Below, piece by piece: positions 51,893 through 64,000 of a stretch of DNA of 64,000 nucleotides. Positions within the stretch are counted from its first letter, which is position 1. Every line of letters begins with the position of its first letter. Origin of the DNA: Octopus bimaculoides (lineage: Eukaryota); assembly GCF_001194135.2 (NCBI RefSeq), contig NC_068982.1, forward strand, positions 165,668,732 to 165,732,731, given 5' to 3'. Made by a program: the position numbers and the translations under genes. Below the pieces are notes generated by a model. That model saw only the letters and a list, made by a program, of their open reading frames with translations, did no database searches and was not told where the DNA came from.

Positions 51893-52680
51893 AGTAAAAA
51901 ATTATAAAAATTTGAAGTAAAACAGCTTATCTTCTGTCTGGGAGTCAAGAACATGTCTGGAGATTTTTCGCTGAAGTCTTCTTTAAATATAGTTTGATAT
52001 AGTATTTGATTGTGGGAGAAGGGGTGTCTATTGTTTAAAAGAAATCTTTGTGTGTTCATGCCAAGGGAGTTACTAAAAAGCATTTATTGAATGGGTTTTA
52101 TATCCACCTATGTAAGTGTGTGTATCGTGTTGAATGTCCTTTCAATATGTTTTGAAAAATGACCAGCTGTGTTGATGGGTGCGTATATTGTGAAAAATGT
52201 CCTGTTGAGTTACGATTTTTCTTTGGGTTAGATGAATGTATTGTTTTGAGCGTCTCCATTTGTGTATATGTGTGTGGTCACCATCTGTATGTATGCGTGT
52301 TGGTGTGTGTGTTAGTGATGTTTTCTTTTGTGTATATGTGTGTGAGTGTATGTGTGGGTGGGTGTGAGTACGTATGTGTTTGTCTATTTTTGCGATGTTT
52401 TCTTTTGTGTGTATCTGTGTGTATATCTGTGCTTGTGCGTGTGTTTGTGCGTGTTTCTACGGAATTGTATGTGTGTGTGTGTATGTGTGTGTGTGTGTTT
52501 GTGACGTTTTCTTTTGTATGAGTGTGTGAGTGTATGTGTGTGTGCTTTTGTGATGTTTTGTTTTTTGCGTATGTTTGTGTGTCTACTGGCATATATGAAT
52601 ATTGGATAAGAGATTTAGAAAGCGACGGGAAGTATTTTTCAAAATAATAATATGTATAAAATTGTTTTAAGTGTCTGTTT

Positions 52681-52884
52681 TTATATATTGGTTGTGGTTG
52701 GATCTATATTTAATTGTGGTTTATACTTCCTGATAAATTGTCTTTCTTTATTCAGCTTTTGTTGTTTGAAGGACTCTGAACACTTGTAGAGGGGAAATAT
52801 TTTGAAATTTCGTAAGACCATTCCTGCACAGGCTGCGATGTGACTGCTTAAAGGAATTCTCCTTGTGCTTTTGTCTCGGATCTG
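52681..52884 (-). mobile_element. Penelope-like element GIY-YIG endonuclease C-terminal fragment
   Basis: Open frame without a start codon: QIRDKSTRRIPLSSHIAACAGMVLRNFKIFPLYKCSESFKQQKLNKERQFIRKYKPQLNIDPTTTNI*, carrying the terminal KE..FI...P.LN motif of PLE GIY-YIG domains. Confidence 0.72.
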
Positions 52885-53734
52885 TATGTATATGTGTAAG
52901 TGTGTGTGTGTGTGTGCTTATGTGCATGTGCGTGTGTGTGTATATTAATATATTCATGTCTGCGTATATATTCATGTCTGTGTATATATTAATATATTCA
53001 TGTCTGCGGTTCTGGTATGTATATATACTAGCTGGTGTACCTGGTAATTCTCGGAGGTGAAGATGTTCTATTGAAACGCCTTATTACTCTGATATAAGAA
53101 GGCAATTTCGTTATAACTACCACAAAAGGTATATTTTCCGTCACGAAAAAGTACAAAAAACTGAAGCTGGAGGAGGGAGCGATTGTTGGAGGTTGATGAG
53201 AGAGGTTTTCGGAGGTTGGCGAGAAAGATTGTCGGAGGTTGGTGACAGAGGTTATATAAATATATGGATGAAGTGTTTAAAGAAAGTGCAATAATAACGG
53301 TCACACTCACTGATGGTCGCTCTCAGTAACTGCCTTTAGGTTACGGAGTTCTTGTTTTTATAACTATCGAAAAGCAGCCAGAAGGATAGACATATTGTTG
53401 AGAACAAATGATTTCGTTCGAGGTCTGTTATCTCCATTCCAGCCAGTGGTGGCCTAGAAGGGTCAAGCGGCAAAGACATTATTCTGCTTAGCGAAAGCAG
53501 CGGGGAAATGTATAATTGCTGCCATTCACAGAAAAAACTATTGTTTTACCGTGAGAAAAGCGCTGTTGAAGTGTTAAGTAATATTTGGCAATAAAGGATT
53601 GAATTTACGCTATGCCTGCATGAAGCTACTACAAATATGCTGTGGAATAAAAAATTTATCTACTGTCATGGAAAAAGTGTAACGGTAAAAATGCAGAATT
53701 ATCGGAGTAATGGACATTCAAAAAAGTATGTATG

Positions 53735-54035
53735 TATAGAAATGTACGAAATATCCCGGCTATGGAAAATGAAGAAGGTGAAGGTAGTGCCAACTACTGT
53801 TGGGTCCTTGGGAAAAGTAGCAGAAGACATCAAGTGGAATATAAAGGAAATTGGAATAGAGTGCCCAGTAGAGCTGTTAAAAAAGGTTCGCCTCCTTGGC
53901 ACGACCAGGACAATCAGGAAAGTATTAGATAGCTGTAAAGAACGAATAGCATGGTACTGTAAGCTGCACGTAGTAAGTCCGCTACGCATATAAGACTCCA
54001 GGAGCTCCAACAAAACTTGTGATAAAGAGAAATGA
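53735..54035 (+). mobile_element. R4/Dong-type RLE non-LTR element 3' end (family 1)
   Basis: YEISRLWKMKKVKVVPTTVGSLG...VELLKKVRLLGTTRTIRKVLDS matches the R4/Dong C-terminus (PIVIGALG...LQK..LLGTARI.RKVL); it ends in (AAT)n. Confidence 0.8.
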
Positions 54036-54040
54036 TAATG

Positions 54041-54108
<68 letters not shown>

Positions 54109-54492
54109 CTGAAGACGAAAACAATACCTATTGTCATAGGTGCCCTGGGAATGACAGCGAAACGGGCTGATTACTACCTAGCTCAAATACCAGGAAACCC
54201 CAAAATGGCTGAAGTTCAAAAGATAGTGCTCATGGGAACTGCCCATATCCTACGTAAAATACCGTCTATGTGATCTCAAATTTTAAAGCAAACACATAAT
54301 TTTCTTATGGTTTCTTAAACATTCACTTGAACAAAACTGTACAAATCCANNNNNNNNNNNNNNNNNNNNNNNNNNNNNNNNNNNNNNNNNNNNNNNNNNN
54401 NNNNNNNNNNNNNNNNNNNNNNNNNNNNNNNNNNNNNNNNNNNNNNNNNNNNNNNNNNNNNNNNNNNNNNNNNNNNNNGAGAAATGATAATG

Positions 54493-54557
<65 letters not shown>

Positions 54558-54685
54558 TGTACAAATCCAAATATATGGTACCCTAGGCATAACACCTACA
54601 TGAACTTCTAACTTGTTGTCTCTTGAGGTCTCTGGGTGAGACTTGGATCCAACTTGTACAAATGCAAAACAAAAGTCAAACATAA

Positions 54686-54718
<33 letters not shown>
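54109..54718 (+). mobile_element. R4/Dong-type RLE non-LTR element 3' end (family 2), inserted in (AAT)n
   Basis: LKTKTIPIVIGALGMTAKRADYYLAQIPGNPKMAEVQKIVLMGTAHILRKIPSM*, then 3' UTR and an (AAT)n tail at 54686-54718. Confidence 0.85.
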
Positions 54719-55959
54719 TGCAGTATGTACAATTGAGTATTTCTTCCTCTTTTTGACAAGCACAGAATTTCATGATTACTTGTTAAAAATCTTTGTAACA
54801 TAACACAGTAAACAAATAATTAAGAATACAAATGTAAATTTATAATCACGATAGGGAAGCCGTGGCTTTCGAGGCAATTATCCATTAAAAGTATCTCTTT
54901 CACAAAAATTTTAAGAAATTATCATATCTGATTTTTCATCACATAGGCTTGATTATACCACGATGGATGTTTTGTATTTGCAAACCACCACTAGGTCATG
55001 CATTATAGTGTAATAATGTCAAGATATTCAGTATATATTAAATTTATCCGAGGTCGCTGTTCTGCCACTAACGGCAAAAATTAAAAGTAGTTTTTGGCAA
55101 CAACTCCATACTACATAGAAAGGAACAATTTTCGTGATAGTTTATGGGAAATACTGATTACATGTGATCTGTCTTGAATAATTAGGTTTTTTTTTTTTTC
55201 ATATATAATCACGGTCGATTCATGGGTTTTTCAATGATTCAGTACAGATTTTGTAGCAACCTTTTAGGTATAACATGATGTAACGGACATTAGTGAAGGT
55301 GTTCATTTTACATTTTGTCGATATTGGCATAACAGTATTTATACCCGAGGCTGTCGAGCAACCGAGGCAGAAAATAAGGATATGATCATGTTGAAACTGA
55401 GGAGAAACGTATTTGTGATTAAAAATACGGCTAGAATCAGGGAGAATAATGCATCACCTTCCGGATCGGCAAATCCGTGATTTATGCAATCACAATAACA
55501 TAACTGCACTTACACATCACATTCTATCATTCTGCATTCACCCCCACCATTGAACACTCCATATATGCATTCTTATCAAACACAAGACATAAACTATTCT
55601 ATAAATTTATATATTCACATAGAATGAACATACCTCACACTCTGGCAAATGGTCACTACACGTCAAGTGAATGCCAATGTAATATTGTTTAATTGTAGGT
55701 CATGTTTCATCGAGCAGTTACGTCACGTAGATTCTTTTGTTTACCATTGCCAGTGAATGACAGTTATCATCTTGCCTTAGAAAACTCTAACACACATGCA
55801 CACAGACAGACGCGCGTGGCTACACACACAAACACACACACCGCACGTGTATTATTCCAGTAGGTTCAAAAGGAAACCATAAAGTACCGATATATATGCC
55901 TAAGAGTTGAAAAATATTTAATCCATTTTCGTGGTGTCTTTAAGTGAGTGCATGTATGT

Positions 55960-56083
55960 ATATTATTGTCTGTTTATATGTATGCATGTTTTATATGTAC
56001 ATATATTTATATGCATACATTTTTATGGGTATATATATATATATATGTGTGTGTGTGAGTGTGTGTGCGTGTATGTGTGTGTG

Positions 56084-56178
<95 letters not shown>

Positions 56179-56505
56179 AATGCGTATGTGTGTGTATACA
56201 GATGCTTGTTTTGTGTTTGTTTTTTTATGTGAATGTGTGGTGCGTGTGTACCTTTATGCGTTATTATGTCCGCGTGTATACGCCTCTCAGTGCACGTAGA
56301 TGCATGCGTATGTATATATGTATAATATATATATGCGCGCACATTGCATGTGCTATACAATATTTATGCATGTATGGATGTATTACTTGCATGCGTGAAT
56401 ATGTATTTGACTATGTATTTGTATATGCGTATATGTTTATACATATGTGTTTACGATCGTGTGAAAGAGTATGTATGCATATACGTGCATTCATATACGT
56501 GTGTG

Positions 56506-56559
<54 letters not shown>

Positions 56560-56787
56560 CAGCATTTTCTAAGCTTATATATACGTGTGTGTGTTTGTGT
56601 GTGTGCGTGCGTGTATATACATATATGTGCGCGTGCGTGTATATATATATACGTATATTTGTGTGTCTGTTTTTAATTTTATTTTTATTTTTCTTTTTTT
56701 TCTTTCGATCATGCAATACACTATAAAGTAACTCTAGCTAAATTTTTTGCTTAGTCTCTGATGTGCCATAGGTGAAACAGAATTTGG

Positions 56788-56833
<46 letters not shown>

Positions 56834-57040
56834 ATGTGGATAATACACACATACACACACATATACATACATACACACACATACATACACGCATACACAC
56901 ATACATGCATGCATACATACATACATACATACATACATGCATGCATGCATGCATTACATACATACATACATACATACATGCATACATACATACATACATA
57001 CATGCATACATACATACATACATACATACATACATACACA
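55960..57040. repeat. Large compound (TG)/(TA)/(CA)/(CATA) microsatellite field
   Basis: Seen directly; source of several spurious ORFs. Confidence 0.9.
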
Positions 57041-57101
57041 CGACTCTGGGCATCATGTCATAGGGCTGGCTGGCAAAATTACAGCCACCTAACAACGACT
57101 A

Positions 57102-57240
57102 ATGACGTCATCCTGTGATACTAAGTAGGAAAGATGGCATCATGCAAGGTTTTAACAAACAGCACTGTTTTATTGGTCTACAATGCTGAGTTCAACTTCC
57201 CGTTATAAATAGGAAAGAGCAACCCAACCAATATATAAGT
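57102..57240 (+). promoter_or_regulatory. Possible CRE-CCAAT-TATA cluster
   Basis: ATGACGTCAT 57102-57111, ATTGG 57172-57176, TATAAATA 57204-57211. Motif match only. Confidence 0.15.
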
Positions 57241-58320
57241 GCATTATTATAGTTGTTATCCTTTCCAAATTTTAAATAAGTTTCCGTAAAGAACCTGATA
57301 GAGTTGTGTGTTCGTATGTGTTCCCGTGTATGTACACGTATGTGTGTAAGTGCGTGTATGCGTGCGTGTGCGTGTGTGCGTGTCTGTGTTTCCGTTTCGG
57401 ATGCGTCTATGTATGTGTCGCTGTTTCGTGGGAATTGAACAAATTCTGGATTAACATCTTTTTCTCAACATATAATTTTCAAAATGTATTTCAAAAAGCA
57501 AAAAGAAAAACTACTAGTAAGAAATGGAAAAGATTACACGTCAGTAGGCCTTAACAAGCAACATTTTGATGAAGAATTATCTCGTGCTCCACGTAAAATA
57601 CGTTAGTCTTAAATACCGTTTCAACGTGCTTTTCCTTTAATAAGAATTTCACTCAAATTATATATATGAAGGTTTGATTTATCGAACGGTGGCAATTAGC
57701 GTTCGTACTGGTCACAAAGATAGTGTAAAATCGTAATGCTTCAACAACTACCTCATTATAAGAAACACTAATTGTTTTTCTCCGCGTAACTAGCAATTCT
57801 ATCAAAACCGATTTGCTGTAAGTTAGCATTCCTACTATATTTTGAGAGTAATTATTTTGTCTGAATTTAGTTTAAAACTTATCAAGACAACTACGAGATG
57901 ATGTAAAGGCGCGCGGCTTCATGAATGAATTTTAGTAGATATTATTCGTGGCAATGCAGCCAGCATAATTTCCAGTCACACCTACTCTATTGTCGAATGA
58001 TCTGGTTATACTTATTTTCTACGAACTTACATTATATGCAAACTGCAAATATATAGCTACCGGACGAATGTAAGTCATTTTGAATAACTTAACAGTAATA
58101 TAGGTGAATAGTAAAATATGTGATTTAGCGGTAAAGGTGGAAACAGTCCCAATTACATCAATGATTCTTTTATTTGTTTCACCCATGCAGTTGCGATCAT
58201 GCTGGAGCACTACCATGGATAATGTATAGAGTAAAGTTTAAAATAAAATTTACTTTCAATGAATGATTAATTTGCAGAGTAGCAATATTGAGATTATGTG
58301 TGTGTGTGTGTGTGTGTGTG

Positions 58321-58910
58321 TTAAATCCTAACTTAAACAGCAATTAAAAGCAGGGATGCTATAGCTACCTATTGACGATAGGCTGTAGGCAGTTTATCCA
58401 TTGAGCAGACACATGCATAATAGGATAAACGAATAAATAGACAAAACAACTGGTATCGTGTTAGATTGTTCTGTCTTTAAACATGATGGTTAATTTGACA
58501 CATAAGCATAAATCATAAGAAGAAAGGAAGTCATTAAGTCTGCAGAAATACTGTTACAGCTGCTTCCAGAACAGATGTGTAGATGGTACATCTTGTGGAA
58601 AGCAAGGTAGTTTTCCATATGTATCAACGATCTATTCCATCATTGGAGAGATAATGAGATACAACAGCGATCTATTCCTATGCTGACTTAATTAATTACT
58701 TCCTTTCTTCTTATCATTTATACTGATGTGACGAATTAACCATCATGTTTAAAGACATAAAAAAATCTAACACGGTACCAGTTGTTTTGTCTATTTATTC
58801 GTTTATTCTATTATGCATGTGTCTGCCAAATTGATAAACTACCTATATCCCATCGTCAATAGGTAGCTATAACAACCCTGCTTTTAATTGCTGTTCAAGT
58901 TAGGGCTTAA
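58321..58910. mobile_element. 590-bp foldback/MITE-like element with ~225-bp inverted arms, TTAA at both ends
   Basis: 58321-58544 and 58681-58910 are reverse complements at roughly 85-90% identity (by eye), around a ~135-bp spacer. Confidence 0.85.
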
Positions 58911-58920
58911 GGCAGCAAGT

Positions 58921-59115
58921 CCTGCATGCACCTGTTACTATTTCAACCGCGTGTCAGTTCTTGAAACACCTGTAGGAGGCTTTCTGCATATATCACTTCC
59001 TTCTTATGATCCATACCCATGTAACAAGTGAATTATTATGTTTAAAGATATAAATATCATAATCTAACACGAACCAATTCTTTTGCCTTTTTATACTTTT
59101 ATCCTATGATGCACA
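58921..59115 (-). repeat. Third, more degenerate copy of the foldback-element sequence
   Basis: ACTTCCTTCTTATGAT...ATGTTTAAAGAT...AATCTAACACG parallels 58698-58775. Confidence 0.6.
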
Positions 59116-59178
59116 CACCTCACATATACACACACACACATACGCTAAACGTTCTATTTTCCTATTTGTATTAACAAA

Positions 59179-59225
<47 letters not shown>

Positions 59226-59275
59226 NNNNNNNNNNNNNNNNNNNNNNNNNNNNNNNNNNNNNNNNNNNNNNNNCC

Positions 59276-59306
<31 letters not shown>

Positions 59307-62018
59307 CCTCTCTCTCTTTCTCTCTCTTACTCACACTCTGATAAAAGACCGAGACTTGAATGAAAAATAAAAATAAAAAGAGAAAAAGACGGAAAAGTAT
59401 AGGAAGTATATAGTGACACAGTTTATGAATTTGTTGAAACTAATTCCGTCATTCGCTAAAAGTGTACTATAACTTAGAATGGGTAGATTCTTATATTTAA
59501 TATTTTTGGTATAAATGTGAAAGGGAAAGGTCAAGCAATTTGTACCAGAATATATTTGCAGACGGATTTAGACGTGAACTGTTATGAAGTGTTGTTAAAG
59601 TAATAATAATTATTAGCAGGGTATCAATTATATCAGTACAAAGGAAGCTAGTGGTTGCATAAAGTATAATTACAAAAGGTAAAATTTTAGTTGTTAGTGA
59701 ATGAAAATATTCAAAAATACATATTCTAAAATATATACCTGGTTCGCTGTAGTCAATAAGCTGGAAATAGTAAATAGCATAATGAATAATATATGAATAA
59801 GATGGATACGCAGCATGGTGATACGCCTGAATAAGTGAGTATGTGGTGAAATTGTTAAAGCTATAAATTAGTACTTGTCTAAGTGACAGAAAAACGCTTC
59901 TGGTTTGTTTTAATGATTGTGAAATATGTAAAAAGAAAATGTCAGTGTATCACAGAAAGCGATGGCAATGAATATAGAAAATTTAATATAAATAATAGAA
60001 AAGTATACTCGGATGATATCTTAGAGATATTTAATTAATATTGATATTTGAAGATAAAAATGTTATATATAAATTACCAGTCAGTTGGATACCTAGCTCT
60101 TGTCTATGGATTGCGTAACTTGCCTATGATGATAACTTGCCTATGATAGAGCTCGGAATGAATTACTTTACTGTAGTAGAACTTAAAAGCATTAGCACTA
60201 AAACCAGCGTATGTTTTATTGGAGGGTTGCTTTGTATGTACCAGTTATACACTATGTGTAATTTGTCCATATTTGACGTCTTAGTAGTTTCTTACAAATA
60301 TCAAGTGTTCTTTTTCGGTTCACTTTCAGAAGGATATCATTTTGGTGTTCGGAAAACTAATTATTAACTTGTTGGTTGACGGAGTGGCTAGACACTCTAA
60401 AGGAAATATTTTTGGCTAAATTATTAATTGTATTCATCGGGCGCTTAGACCGTTTGTAGATATAGTTCATTGGATTTACAATATCGAGAGGGGTTAGAAG
60501 TGTGAAGCATTTGAAGAATAAGTATACATTTAACCAAAACCCATCATCAAATCTATTTTAATAAATGCCAACATCTTTAATTTTACGTATATAAATTTAT
60601 AATTGTACAATGGTTATCATGAATGTAGGCGAATTAATTTTCAATATAGATAATAAGGAGAAATAGAGAAGGCCAGTATTTTCAACCAAATTTTGCTTAC
60701 AGTAAAGCGAGTATTGGGTTGCTTTTTAATGCATGTGAAAATGTGTAAATTTGCTACAGTTTTACGTGACCGTAGTATTATCATATCTATTTTAGGAGCA
60801 TTAATATCGGTAACTGATTTAGCAAAAGCTAAGGCGCTAATGATTAGCGATCGGTAGTGGAAGTAATAGTTTTGTCATATCAAATAGTGGAAAATTGCTG
60901 CTAGATTTATAACGGACAGATTTGTATCAACTAATTACGACTTGTGTGTTGTTTCATTAATATAAATATAATATCTCCTAAATGTTAGGAATAAATTTAT
61001 ATAATGGATATAAGCTAATTATCTATCCGTCTGATTTCGCTGAGTTAAGGTAATAGAGTCATTGGGATGCCAGTTCATTTTATGATCCTTAAAATAAAGA
61101 AGAATTTCCTAAGGGCTTAGCCTATTATCACGCTTCAGTTCGGTGATAACTATTGGACAACTATGTGAGCTTTGTTTAAGGTATTCCGGTGTGTTTTCAT
61201 ATCGGTAATTGTAACCGATATGGGGAAGAAATCTGTTTTATCTCATCGTTTCGTTTCCAGGTTTCTGATTTCCTTTCGTTTGGGATTTAATTAAGACAGG
61301 AAATTTGACCTTTTCAATTAATTTGAAGCGAGAAGAGGAATTTGTTCAATGGAAGATATTTGTGGGAGTTGAATCAAATTAAAATTGATGTCTTGATTTT
61401 TCTTTAATCAGAAAAAACTTCCCTCTGCATTGAAATTTCGATAATGCTTCCAGTTATTTCAATGAGAGACATATATTTGAATGGGATGATTTTTGGTGGA
61501 AATATCAAGATGATATATTTTAAATACAGCAGTTTTTAAAGGGCTTCACCAGAAGGAGATTAATTTTTATCCATGCTTGTTTATTTAAGCAAGTAATTCC
61601 GAAGCCTAAACTACATACTCAATGTGGTTGAAACAGGGTATTAGATAATACTTAATTACACTTTACAATTTGCAATATTGTTTTGGTGACATGATCTTGG
61701 TAGCCTTGAAGGATTAAATGTGTGTGCGTGCGCGTGTGTGTGCGTGTGCGTGCGCGTGTGTGCGCATGCGCGTGTGTGCGCGTGCGCGTGCGCGTGTGTG
61801 TGTGTGCGTGTCGAACAAGAGTTAAAGACATCATAAAAGAAGAAGAAGAAGAAGAAGAAGGAGAAGAAGAAGAAAGAAGAAGATGTCAGATGCATTGTCC
61901 TGTGTTCTTTGTAGAGTGTTACAACTCGTTGGCGCTGATTGGCCTCCAAACAAGACCAATCGATAACCTATAGAATAAAATGTCACTACATTAATGTTGA
62001 TAACCTATGTAAGCGTGT

Positions 62019-62241
62019 AAGGCGGCGAGCTGGCAGAAACGTTAGCAAGCCGGGCGAAATGCGTATTTCGTCTGTCTTTACGTTCTGAGTTCAAATTCCG
62101 CTGAGGTCGACTTTGCCTGTCATCCTTTCGGAGTCGATAAATTAAGTACCAGTTGCGTACTGATATCGATGTAATCGACTGCCCCGGCAAAAAAAAAAAA
62201 AAAAAAAAAAATCGGGCCTTGTGCCTAAAGTAGAAAAGATT
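62019..62241 (+). mobile_element. Full-length SINE family A copy with 14-bp TSD
   Basis: Head AAGGCGGCGAGCTGGCAGAAACG, B-box GAGTTCAAATTCC, tail GGCCTTGTGCCTAAAGTAGAAAAGATT; TSD CTATGTAAGCGTGT (62005-62018) and CTATGTAAATGTGT (62242-62255), 12/14 identical. Confidence 0.92.
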
Positions 62242-62943
62242 CTATGTAAATGTGTGAGTGTTGGTTAAACAATAGAAGAGATTGCCAGAGTTAAACTGGT
62301 AGTCAGGTGACTACAGATGATCATAATAGATAAACGAGAAATAAACTTGTTTCCAGCTAGCATTTGAGTGAGTTATTGGAACTGAGTCTTTCGCAAATAT
62401 ACAATAACAACGTGTGGTCTGCAAATCTTTGTGGTTTTCGCCAGTGTTTACAATTATCTAAAAAAAAAAAAAAATTTCTAATGTATCATATAGATGTAAA
62501 TTTCGACACTAAACCTGAATTTGTTATTCATTTATTTCAGAAAAATTTGCAAAAATGTTACAGGTGTTCAAAGTTTCAGAATTTTCAGCCAATGAGAAAA
62601 TAACGCGTTCACTGCTTCTTCTATCATCAGGGGTACGGTGAGTCATCGGTATGTCAAAACATTGCTACTTCCCTTGTACACACACACACACACACAAATA
62701 TACACATGTACTCACACCTGGTTGAAACGCTGTTTGATTTTTCTTTTCTGCATTGAATATTCACCATCAAAATTTATATATATATATTTTTTTAAATGTA
62801 TATATATGTACATATGAGATGCAGCACGGAATTTTGTTATATATATGTATATTTTCCAAATGTATATATATCTCAAAATGTAACTACATGTGGACCGCTG
62901 ACGATTTTCTTCCTCCGTCTTCCTTTTCTCTTGGACTTTCCTT

Positions 62944-62978
62944 GTTTCTGAAGAAAAGTTTTGCTCGAAACGTGAAAC
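62944..62978 (+). ncRNA. Degenerate minimal type-I hammerhead motif in a pyrimidine-rich PLE-like terminal segment (~62890-63070)
   Basis: GUUU | CUGAAGA+A | aAGU uuu GCUc | GAAA | CGU | G | AAAC. Stem I and core are intact; position 17 is G (non-cleavable) and the stem II closing pair is mismatched. Confidence 0.6.
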
Positions 62979-63099
62979 TACCTTTCTTTCCTTCCCTGAG
63001 CGTCTGTTAATACTTTGCATGTACCACTTTCTCGCGTTGTTTTTTCTTCTTGTGCTTTTCTTTTGTTTTTGGGGGGACGGGGGGGGATTAACTATATAT

Positions 63100-63102
63100 A
63101 CA

Positions 63103-63186
<84 letters not shown>

Positions 63187-63206
63187 GTGTGTGTGTGTAT
63201 GTGTGT

Positions 63207-63246
<40 letters not shown>

Positions 63247-63346
63247 TAGATAGACGGGCTTGTTTGGATAAACCTCATATACAAATATGTACATAAAAAT
63301 GGAGATATAGAAACAAGAACGTAGAAGAATAGACTGAGAGAGATAC

Positions 63347-63411
<65 letters not shown>

Positions 63412-63452
63412 TAGACAGACAGACAGAGAGGAAGGAAAGAGAAAGTGAGAAA

Positions 63453-63510
<58 letters not shown>

Positions 63511-63540
63511 GCAGAAGACAGACAGCTAGACAGATAAACA
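63100..63540. repeat. Compound (TA)/(GA)/(GATA)/(GACA) microsatellites
   Basis: Seen directly. Confidence 0.92.
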
Positions 63541-64000
63541 GAAAGGCGGATCGTTGTTTATACAGTACTGCGCTTTAAAACTCTGTTGACTTCTTTTCAA
63601 CTACGACGAAATACCCAAGATGCAGATAAGATAGAGATTTTTATTTATTTACGGCCTCAAACATCTCAATACCTTGCGCTTTAGTTTTGTCCCTTATTAT
63701 TTATCTTGTTTCTCTCCATGAAATTCAATTGAATTCAGTTGTTGTCTTAAATTCATGCTTATTCATTTTCTAAGATTCCTAAATTCATGCTACGTTATAT
63801 TCTAATCACCCAGAATTCATTGCTCTTTTAAAAAAATTACGATTTATGCATTGCTGTCTCTCAAATATTTAAAATATACAATTAAGAGCCCTCTCTACTC
63901 GCTGGCGGTACCTACCCACCACCACTACCCATTTTCCTTTATTCAAAAATTCTTATCGCTCCTTAAAATTATGGCTTTTAAGTGTTGATTTCTCAGCCCA

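Noticed and set aside
53182-53252. 23-bp x3 repeat (also 12-bp x3 at 35176-35211)
   Set aside because: Short degenerate minisatellites with no further structure.
55641-55753. Short inverted ends CTGGCAAATGGT / ACCATTGCCAG around ACGT-rich motifs
   Set aside because: An 11-12 bp imperfect match with no TSD; compatible with chance.
58321-58910. Definite piggyBac assignment for the foldback element
   Set aside because: TTAA is present but not followed directly by the canonical CCY terminus, and there is no transposase remnant.
60116-60147. 15-bp direct repeat TAACTTGCCTATGAT x2
   Set aside because: A simple small tandem duplication; no element remnant to call it a footprint.

Overview
AT-rich, microsatellite-dense eukaryotic DNA with 16 N-gaps, most abutting simple repeats. 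The SINE families and repeat landscape look like an octopus draft assembly (inference from recognition, not from a search). No intact protein-coding gene is recognisable, and most long ORFs in the track are microsatellite or N-run artefacts. The window is a layered mobile-element graveyard: (i) decayed Tc1/mariner elements (mariner, a DD37D maT-type element with both TIRs, a Tc1 N-terminus, a 219-bp mariner MITE); (ii) non-LTR fragments (two CR1/L2-group RT copies, an RTE 3' end, two R4/Dong-type 3' ends stacked in an (AAT)n tract); (iii) Penelope-like element (PLE) RT and GIY-YIG fragments; (iv) at least four tRNA-related SINE families. Main findings: three unrelated minimal type-I hammerhead ribozyme motifs, one of which lies behind a tRNA-derived Pol III head in a ~300-bp element (candidate ribozyme-bearing, PLE-mobilised SINE); SINE dimers joined at the same nucleotide at two independent loci; a SINE/LINE shared 3' tail; a 590-bp TTAA-bounded foldback element; and a (GAT)n/(CAT)n fold-back inversion. 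A few weak plus-strand exon candidates exist but none can be assigned to a known gene.
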